Assembly (NCBI GenBank): GCA_944388555.1
Contig: CALXJH010000128.1
Location: 1 to 32,003 of the forward strand
Direction of reading: 5' to 3'
Origin: an uncultured Clostridia bacterium
Lineage (GTDB): Bacteria; Bacillota; Clostridia; RGIG6154
DNA: 32,003 bases
The position numbers and the translations under genes were made by a program. The notes under the pieces were generated by a model that was not told the origin of the DNA, ran no database searches, and saw only the letters and a list, made by a program, of their open reading frames with translations. Below are positions 26,301 through 32,003 of this stretch, piece after piece. Numbering within the stretch: position 1 is the first letter of the stretch; the number at the start of each line of letters is the position of its first letter.

Positions 26301-26969
26301 ATTCTCAGAAGGTGCTATAATATATGGTGCTTCTGTAAAACTTTTTTCGTCCGGCAGAGGGCCGTAATCGGTAAAATATGGATCATCTAACGCGGTTTCA
26401 GTTCCCGCTGTCGGTATTGTTTGCTCTGGCTTGGAAGGTGCAGCGGTGGATGCGCCTTCCAATGCATCTGTTACTGCCTTGTCTGTTTTAATTAACTTGA
26501 TACCGCCGGCTCTTAAATTTCCTAACGGTGAAGATTTTTCATATAGATTGGTAACAAACCCTTCGGTGCCTTTATTAAACTTAAATACACCTAAATAATT
26601 CCAGTCACTCATCTGATTGAAATTATAAGTGCCGCTTAACGTGCCATCCGCGGTCTGAACGGTTACAAGACATTCTTCCACATTTCTGGCATCCGGTTTA
26701 TTCGGATTCGGAACTACATACAGATAAAGTTCATAGTTCCCGGTTTCCGGAATCTCCGGTGTGTAGCGGATTTCCGAAGGAAGCGCACTTGAAAATCTTC
26801 CTTTTTGTTCTGCTGCCGCTTTTAAACCGGAATCTTTAAACTCTCCCTGTACTTCTTTGTAGCCGGGACTGTTGGTTGAAACAATGATTTCTTCTGCTCC
26901 CAATACATGCATAGGCAGTAAAGAAAAAATCAACATTCCTACCAACAAATAGGCCAGACATCTTTTCAT
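23343..26969 (-). CDS. Cell-surface multimodular glycoside hydrolase: signal peptide, CBM-like module, Fn3-like module, GH110-like beta-helix, second CBM-like module, three SLH repeats
   Basis: GDGFH...GPWIENC...GIGDDAV resembles the GH110 catalytic region, with repeated I.NNTF beta-helix turns. There are two xanthan-lyase/golvesin-CBD-like modules (YTPEIPETGNYELY...W.YLG.F.F; W...GSYDF) and SLH motifs ITRAEF, ITREE and ATRAEA. Confidence 0.75.
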   Translation of the reverse strand: MKRCLAYLLVGMLIFSLLPMHVLGAEEIIVSTNSPGYKEVQGEFKDSGLKAAAEQKGRFSSALPSEIRYTPEIPETGNYELYLYVVPNPNKPDARNVEECLVTVQTADGTLSGTYNFNQMSDWNYLGVFKFNKGTEGFVTNLYEKSSPLGNLRAGGIKLIKTDKAVTDALEGASTAAPSKPEQTIPTAGTETALDDPYFTDYGPLPDEKSFTEAPYIIAPSENEEVNSFPSFLWQEPTEAFEVLEKPVSYDVAIAKDQEFNQIIDEDVTALNRYVADFPLEPGQYYFRVRAKMDSGAAGAYSVVPFTVAGYDEIITVKPDNAGTDYSQIVDEAVAQAKQLSKQGKRVLINLEQGEYHFYKEGPIFNFANEGYANIDINCNDSTLYLHKLKTRVFVADYAKNMSLMNLTTEHVDEIPFIQSRVADVKPDTGEVGVKVEEGFPTYDGPLGKYFLASWGIILDPEENGKTKPETIGTYFFTGNYRKEGDIYYLELKSKAHTADFSVGDRFIHLCRDNSPTLTEFKFSEHITIYNFDSYVHGGLHNIANDCSQIVYLDFNAKIQDGYWFAGGGDGFHLRANKIGPWIENCSVNGIGDDAVALFTRPMTVMDQIDTKTILVAADTPAYFTLNPGDTFVLFEPSTGEIIQECTVATAVKAEPYYKVTVQEELPELTNLGDKILDSLQIWNRSMSSGDFVIRNNTFKNVRRYGNVSRSHRGVIENNTYEGVTSNEIKVLNETQYPNGLYSDQLIIQNNTFKKGAKRSDTLGVISFNIEKRAGGMALSVGTKNVLIRNNTFEDKQTVLIDLQGAENISFVDNYVLDEPLTALAQTNSNFLGVKNIRFLDENLKGISYSTKSAEEIEDEGTDPINGFSFRGAWAWSGSVKGPEEDGSNTMWISGQDDRAFVKYDMLLEASGDVQVYIYCPYWNVNQNESVVYEIVHNGKTDTFVVNQKDCTEGIWIDAGSYDFAATGDEYVKLILKDVPLQTITTRASTVKFVQGDQIQLVTPVEGGMSDGALRKEEIEIAQDVKVFTDLEGHWAKEDVTYMAQQGHVQGKDVGIFAPEDTITRAEFLTILNRILNIANQNEDVYGDVKPADWFYGYVAGGYKAGLLDSLPTESGFLPNQPITREEIALLLDNAIAYKQIDISAKVDETINPAAFSDYNDISDFAKSAMEKMVKMGMLKGKSDTTLAPKNTATRAEATVLLKRFLDL

Positions 26970-26990
26970 TTTTCATTCCTCCTTTTTTTC

Positions 26991-27019
26991 AGTATAACAC
27001 GCCCTATATTTCTTATCAA
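26991..27019 (-). promoter_or_regulatory. Sigma-A promoter of the GH110-like gene
   Basis: TTGATA-17 nt-TATACT with an extended TG; RBS AGGAGG follows. Confidence 0.7.
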
Positions 27020-27040
27020 CATTTTGACTTTTTTTTATTT

Positions 27041-27078
27041 AAAAAAAAAACGAAATTCGCAATATGCAAATTTCGTTT
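27041..27078 (-). terminator. serS terminator
   Basis: AAACGAAATT...AATTTCGTTT stem with a long minus-strand U-tract. Confidence 0.75.
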
Positions 27079-27137
27079 GTGTTTAAATTATGCAGTAAAT
27101 AAGGCGTATTTCAAGCATTTTATGGTTTTAATTCCCA

Positions 27138-28427
27138 TTATTGCACCGGAACCAGCTTTTCTTTTCCGCCCATATACATTCTGAGTTTTTCCGGTATAGA
27201 TACTGTACCGTCTGCCTGCAAATTATTTTCTAAAAATGCAATCAACATTCTTGGCGGCGCAACGACTGTATTGTTTAATGTATGTGCAAAATACTTCTTG
27301 CCATCTGCTCCCAGTACTTTAATATTTAGGCGCCGCGCTTGCGCATCTCCAAGGTTAGAACAAGAACCTACTTCAAAATACTTTTTCTGCCGCGGCGACC
27401 ACGCCTCAACATCTAAAGATTTAACTTTCAAATCTGCTAAATCCCCGGAACAACATTCCAAAGTCCGCACCGGTATATCCAGCGTACGGAAGAAATCTAC
27501 GGTATTTTTCCACAAAACATCAAAATATTTCGGACTTTCTTCCGGTTTGCACACAACAATCATTTCTTGTTTTTCAAATTGGTGAATACGATATACACCA
27601 CGCTCTTCAATACCATGTGCCCCTTTTTCCTTACGGAAACACGGTGAGTAAGATGTTAGGCATTTCGGCAGCTGATCCTCCGGCGTAAATGTGCCAATAA
27701 ACTTACCAATCATAGAGTGTTCGCTGGTGCCGATTAAATATAAATCCTCCCCCTCTATTTTATACATCATGGCGTCCATTTCTTCAAAGCTCATTACGCC
27801 TTCCACAACACTTCTGCGAATCATATACGGCGGAACACAATAGGTAAAACCTCTATCAATCATAAAATCCCGCGCATAGGATAAAATTGCCGAATGCAGC
27901 CGTGCAATATCTCCCATCAAATAGTAAAATCCATTGCCGGCAACCGATCCTGCCGCATCTAAATCAATGCCGTTGAATGATTTCATAATATCGGTATGAT
28001 AAGGAATTTCAAAATCCGGAACAACCGGTTCGCCGAATTTTTCAACTTCCACATTTTTGCTGTCATCTTCTCCGATGGGTACAGAAGGATCAATGATATT
28101 GGGAATCACCATCATGATTTCTTTAATCTTTGCAGCATACTCGCCTTCCAGCTTCTCACATTCTGCAAGCCGCTGAGAATACTCTGAAACCTTTGATTTT
28201 TCGGCTTCTGCCTCCTCTTTTTTTCCCTGCGCCATAAAATATCCTATATTCTTAGAAACCTTATTCCGCATCGCGCGTAAATTATCTGCTTCCGATTTAT
28301 TGGCACGGGAAGCTTCATCTAATCGAATCACTTCATCGACCAACGGTAATTTTTTATCTTGAAACTTCTTCCTGATATTCTCTTTTACTACATCCGGATT
28401 TTCTCTCAAAAACTTTATGTCTATCAT
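27138..28427 (-). CDS. serS: Serine--tRNA ligase
   Basis: MIDIKFLRENP N-terminal coiled-coil arm; YLIGTSEH, CFRKE.G, R.HQFEKQE, EVGSCSN and HTLNNT motifs. RBS GAGGTG supports ATG 28427. Confidence 0.97.
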   Translation of the reverse strand: MIDIKFLRENPDVVKENIRKKFQDKKLPLVDEVIRLDEASRANKSEADNLRAMRNKVSKNIGYFMAQGKKEEAEAEKSKVSEYSQRLAECEKLEGEYAAKIKEIMMVIPNIIDPSVPIGEDDSKNVEVEKFGEPVVPDFEIPYHTDIMKSFNGIDLDAAGSVAGNGFYYLMGDIARLHSAILSYARDFMIDRGFTYCVPPYMIRRSVVEGVMSFEEMDAMMYKIEGEDLYLIGTSEHSMIGKFIGTFTPEDQLPKCLTSYSPCFRKEKGAHGIEERGVYRIHQFEKQEMIVVCKPEESPKYFDVLWKNTVDFFRTLDIPVRTLECCSGDLADLKVKSLDVEAWSPRQKKYFEVGSCSNLGDAQARRLNIKVLGADGKKYFAHTLNNTVVAPPRMLIAFLENNLQADGTVSIPEKLRMYMGGKEKLVPVQ

Positions 28428-28459
28428 TACAAACACCTCTTCTGTGATTTATGTAAAAA

Positions 28460-28488
28460 ATTATATCATGTTTTATTGTTTTTTTCAA
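28460..28488 (-). promoter_or_regulatory. Sigma-A promoter of serS (short leader)
   Basis: TTGAAA-17 nt-TATAAT with an extended TG. Confidence 0.75.
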
Positions 28489-28499
28489 GTATTTAGCTA

Positions 28500-29606
28500 T
28501 CATTTCTCGCCAAATACACGTTTTACTGCCTGAAGGTATCCGTAACCATAAACATTATCCGGTTCTAAGTAACTGCTTTCGGTCCACTCATTCCAGCTGT
28601 TGATGGTAATCATCGGCACATTATGTCCCTCTGCATACGCCTTGGCTAATTGCAGTGCTTTTTCAAAATTTTCCGGCGTATTGTTTTTTAAAACCGCCCC
28701 ATGTGGCAATTTGAATCTGGGGTTATTGTCCCACCCGATAGATACATGCGGAAAATAAGGAATTTTGAAGGTTGCCGCAATTTTTTCATATTCTTTTTGT
28801 ACATCTTCTACAACCTTTAAATAGTCCTGGCTTATATCTGTAAAGTGTACAAACTGATAATGCGTCAGCGACAAAAAGCCCATGTCTTCTGCAATTTGTG
28901 GTGTAACCTCTTTTATTTTACTGTCCACACCTGAAAGATTCAGCGGATTATGCCCCCATTTCACAAACTGGAAATGTACACCCGGTAATCCATTCTGTCT
29001 GGCTTCTTCATTGAGCCATGCCATTTCCATTTTGGCTTGTTCCGGTCCGCCAAGTCCGTTTGTAAAATTTTGCATATCGTATATACTGATGATCGGTTTT
29101 CCGTCTATACAGTAGTAGTTGGGAAGCTTAAAATATTTTTCAATCCACCGTTTGCCGATTTTTCTGAATTGCTCCGGCGTAACAGAACCTTGCCAAACCA
29201 CAGGTTCGTTTCGATGTGAGTTTCGAATATCCCATGTGTAATTTGCATCGTGGTTTGCCCACATCAGATAAAATTTCATTTTTTGATTATTTTTTGCATT
29301 TAAAAATCCATCGTTCAAACAATTTTCTAAAAACGGACGATCGTCAAACCAGTACCAATCGTAAATAAATACATTCACCCCGTGGTCCACTGCGGCTTCA
29401 ATCTGCATTTCCATAACATACGGATCTGCTTCGTTTACATATCCCCAAACCGGTTTTCTTCCCCAATCATAGCCGTCAACTTTGCGAACGCTGTTTTTTA
29501 CACTCTGCCATTCGCCGATACCTTCTTCCCAAAAGATCCATGACCGTGGCTCATCCCCCGTATACGCCGGCCAAATATAGGCTGCTACATCAAATTTTTG
29601 CTGCAT
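28500..29606 (-). CDS. GH99-like/WbsX-family TIM-barrel glycoside hydrolase, no signal peptide
   Basis: EW..V, P.WGY..E, F.YDWYW, LMWANHD, GWDNNPR and INSWNEWTE.SYLEP motifs; RBS AAGGAG 8 nt before ATG 29606. Confidence 0.82.
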   Translation of the reverse strand: MQQKFDVAAYIWPAYTGDEPRSWIFWEEGIGEWQSVKNSVRKVDGYDWGRKPVWGYVNEADPYVMEMQIEAAVDHGVNVFIYDWYWFDDRPFLENCLNDGFLNAKNNQKMKFYLMWANHDANYTWDIRNSHRNEPVVWQGSVTPEQFRKIGKRWIEKYFKLPNYYCIDGKPIISIYDMQNFTNGLGGPEQAKMEMAWLNEEARQNGLPGVHFQFVKWGHNPLNLSGVDSKIKEVTPQIAEDMGFLSLTHYQFVHFTDISQDYLKVVEDVQKEYEKIAATFKIPYFPHVSIGWDNNPRFKLPHGAVLKNNTPENFEKALQLAKAYAEGHNVPMITINSWNEWTESSYLEPDNVYGYGYLQAVKRVFGEK

Positions 29607-29690
29607 ATTCATCACTCCTTTTTATTATAGCTTTTTTCAGATAAAGACATTCTTTACCTATCAGCTTTCCCGATAAATTGAATATTTTTT

Positions 29691-29719
29691 ATTATATCTA
29701 TTTTTTGTTAAAAATGCAA
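29691..29719 (-). promoter_or_regulatory. Sigma-A promoter of the GH99-like gene
   Basis: TTGCAT-17 nt-TATAAT. Confidence 0.7.
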
Positions 29720-29725
29720 TCTTTT

Positions 29726-29755
29726 AAAAAAAAAAAACGACCACTTTCGTGGCCG
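29726..29755 (-). terminator. Terminator of the candidate sRNA
   Basis: CGGCCAC-GAAA-GTGGTCG followed by T12. Confidence 0.85.
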
Positions 29756-29906
29756 CCAAAAAGGGAGTGTTTGAAATGAAAAACTATACAGTTCCTCTGC
29801 AGAAATGTATAAGACGTAAGGCTACCCGGGGGATTCGCTCTTTTAGCAAAGAACGGAATAAGGATTTGAGGAGTTTTCGGATAGCCTTGCCTTATTACCT
29901 TCTACA
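29726..29906 (-). ncRNA. Candidate ~180-nt structured sRNA with anti-Shine-Dalgarno motifs
   Basis: TATAAT upstream and a terminator downstream. Several stems have irregular pairs that are G-U only on the minus strand. Unpaired C-rich motifs are present. Confidence 0.65.
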
Positions 29907-29912
29907 CTTATT

Positions 29913-29965
29913 ATTATACATATTGTTATGGAAAACCTATGATAAGAATGTGAAATTTTTTTGAA
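29913..29965 (-). promoter_or_regulatory. -10 box plus four 11-bp-periodic direct repeats (candidate OmpR/PhoB-type binding site) in place of -35
   Basis: TTCAAA-5-TTCACA-5-ATCATA-5-TCCATA-8-TATAAT. Confidence 0.5.
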
Positions 29966-30009
29966 AACTCCCCCTCCCCCTCATTTCCTCTATTACCAGA
30001 AATTGTGGC

Positions 30010-30038
30010 TTGATTTTTGATGACTTATCCTTTACAAT
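30010..30038 (+). promoter_or_regulatory. Sigma-A promoter of the S-layer-type gene
   Basis: TTGATT-17 nt-TACAAT, giving a leader of about 145 nt. Confidence 0.55.
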
Positions 30039-30188
30039 CGTAGATGTGGTTGACATAATCTAAAAAATGTTTAGCTGGTTGTGTTTTGTTTTCGAGCATT
30101 TTTTAAATTTTTCAAAATTATGGTAAACCAAATTTGACAGCCTGCCGTGGGGCAAATCACGGACTAAAATCATTAAGGAGGAAAAAAC

Positions 30189-32003
30189 ATGTCAAAATTC
30201 AAAAGAATTATATCCCTCGCTGTTGGTACAGTGATGGCATTGGGAATCGCAAGCCCGGCAGCCGCATTTAATATTGCTGATGACGTTGCAGGCACAAAAT
30301 ATGCAGAAGCTGCGACTGTGCTAGGTGCATTGGGCATCATGGTTGGTGATGACAACGGAGCATTTCGTCCTGATGACAATATAAGCCGCGCTGAATTTGC
30401 GAAAATTGCAGTTCATGCACTGGGTATTGAAAATATTGCTTCTTCAAACCAGGGTGTTTCGGTTTTCCCGGACGTTTCTACAAGCCACTGGGCAAACGGT
30501 TATATCAACGTTGCTTCTTCTCAGGGGTTGATCGTTGGTGATGATACGGGTACTTTCAGACCTGAAGACAATATTTCTTACCAAGAAGCTGCAACCATTT
30601 TAATCCGTGTATTAGGTCATGAACCTGCGGCAAAATCCAAAGGAGGCTATCCTTCCGGTTATTTGGTACAGGCTGAACAAATCGGTGTTACAAAAGACGT
30701 TAGTTCCACATCTACTGCTGCAGCATCCAGAGGTATGGTTGCACAGATGACTTTTAATTCTCTGACCGTAAACCTGATGGAACAAACCGGTTTTGGCAAT
30801 AACTTAAACTACGAAGTAGTAGACAAAACATTATTAGAAGATAAGTTGGATGTTTTCTACGATACAGGCGTTATCACAGGAAACGTACACACCAAAATCA
30901 ACGGCGCAAGTGCGTTGAAAGATGGTCAGGTTGAAATTGGAAACGGTAACGTTTTTGAAGTTGGAAACTCTGACGCAGACAAGCTTTTAGGCTACAACGT
31001 AAATTACTATTACAAAGAAAACAAAAATGATGATAATGAAATCATTTTGGCACAACCCACAAAAAGAAACAGTGAAGTTAAAATTGATGTAAATAATCTT
31101 GCGGAGGAATTGATAGAGGGAGCAAACAGCATATCTTACTATGCCGATGAAAATGACAGCAGAGCGACCAAAGCAAATCTCGCGGACAAGTATACTGTTA
31201 TTTATAACCAAAAATATCAGGATGCGCTTCAGAATCCTGAAACAGGTAATGTTACACTCTTAGACAATGACGGCGACAGCATCTATGACATCGTATTTAT
31301 CAATGAGCACGTAAATTACGTTATAGATGATATCTCCACATTCGCAATGAAAATTTATGACAAATATGACAACGAACCGTTAAACTTAGACACAACAGCC
31401 AACAAGAATTTAAAAGTTTTCATTCAGGACACAGAAGGAAATGAACTTGCATTCGAAGATTTAAAAGAATGGGACGTTCTGAGTGTTTATAAAAACACAG
31501 ATTATGTAAATATGATTGTTTCCAGAAACAGCGTTCAAGGCGCGATTGAAGAAAGCGGAGACAAAGGCGAAAAAGTAATTGCAGGAAAAGAATATGAAGT
31601 TGCAGGCAACCTGAATGCAAATGATTTGGAACTTGAAATGGAAGGTACCTTCTATTTGGATTTCGAAGGAAAAATCGCAGGTTATGACGCAACTGCAAGA
31701 CAAACATCCAACTACGCATATTTGCTGGATGCTGCTATGACTTCTGGTTTAAACCCTGTTCTTTCTGTAAAATTATTTGATGCAAAAGGCAATGAAGTGA
31801 TTTATAACGCACCTGATAAACTCCGTTTCAACGGAACATCCGGCGTACAATCTGCTACCGTTTTAGAATCTTTAAAAGATGACGGCACTGTAAAACCGCA
31901 GCTCATCACTTATGAATTAAACTCCGACGGTAAAATTGCAGAAATCGTTACAGCGGAAGATAAAACAGAAAACTTCCCCAGCAGCTTCTTAAAATCCACT
32001 TTT
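30189..32003 (+). CDS. S-layer-type protein with N-terminal SLH repeats; runs off the window end and is absent from the ORF track
   Basis: RBS AAGGAGG; MSKFKRIISLAVGTVMALGIASPAAA signal peptide; GIMVGDDNGAFRPDDNISRAEFAK, FPDVSTSHWANGYI and FRPEDNISYQEA SLH motifs. The frame appears open to the window edge. Confidence 0.9.
   Translation, partial: MSKFKRIISLAVGTVMALGIASPAAAFNIADDVAGTKYAEAATVLGALGIMVGDDNGAFRPDDNISRAEFAKIAVHALGIENIASSNQGVSVFPDVSTSHWANGYINVASSQGLIVGDDTGTFRPEDNISYQEAATILIRVLGHEPAAKSKGGYPSGYLVQAEQIGVTKDVSSTSTAAASRGMVAQMTFNSLTVNLMEQTGFGNNLNYEVVDKTLLEDKLDVFYDTGVITGNVHTKINGASALKDGQVEIGNGNVFEVGNSDADKLLGYNVNYYYKENKNDDNEIILAQPTKRNSEVKIDVNNLAEELIEGANSISYYADENDSRATKANLADKYTVIYNQKYQDALQNPETGNVTLLDNDGDSIYDIVFINEHVNYVIDDISTFAMKIYDKYDNEPLNLDTTANKNLKVFIQDTEGNELAFEDLKEWDVLSVYKNTDYVNMIVSRNSVQGAIEESGDKGEKVIAGKEYEVAGNLNANDLELEMEGTFYLDFEGKIAGYDATARQTSNYAYLLDAAMTSGLNPVLSVKLFDAKGNEVIYNAPDKLRFNGTSGVQSATVLESLKDDGTVKPQLITYELNSDGKIAEIVTAEDKTENFPSSFLKSTF

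Noticed and set aside
29968-29990. C-rich tract CTCCCCCTCCCCCTC (possible G-quadruplex or phase-variable tract)
   Set aside because: It has only two G5 runs on the minus strand and is too short to support either idea.
520-31719. Many short antisense or out-of-frame ORFs in the track (for example 7201-7767, 13348-13878, 31420-31719)
   Set aside because: They shadow well-supported genes, and lack RBSs and recognisable motifs.

Overview
This is chromosomal DNA from a low-GC Firmicute, probably Clostridia. 1-9.1 kb is the distal part of a bacterial microcompartment (BMC) operon of the fucose/rhamnose-type (PVM-like or GRM5-like) class. It encodes a class II aldolase, a GlcG-like heme protein, a Zn alcohol dehydrogenase, four BMC-H, a BMC-P, PduS, PduT, an acylating aldehyde dehydrogenase, PduL and a DeoR regulator. 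9.3-12.2 kb holds an aldo/keto reductase, an AT-rich orphan HsdR_N nuclease gene and tRNA-Arg(ACG). 12.4-21.7 kb is a housekeeping run: yebC, trmL, a TIM-barrel epimerase, rapZ, whiA, dnaE, a SLOG/DUF1273 protein and a MATE transporter. 21.8-32 kb is a cell-surface region with an SLH protein, a 242-bp MITE-like insert flanked by a duplicated terminator, a 1208-aa SLH-anchored GH110-like enzyme, serS, a GH99-like hydrolase, a candidate ~180-nt anti-Shine-Dalgarno sRNA and a truncated S-layer-type gene that the ORF track misses. The most notable unexplained items are (i) the structured sRNA with an 11-bp-periodic regulator box, (ii) two BMC genes with dual in-frame starts, one carrying a degenerate aldehyde-dehydrogenase fragment, (iii) the terminator-duplicating element and (iv) the orphan nuclease next to the tRNA. 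All assignments come from motif recognition by eye; no searches were run.
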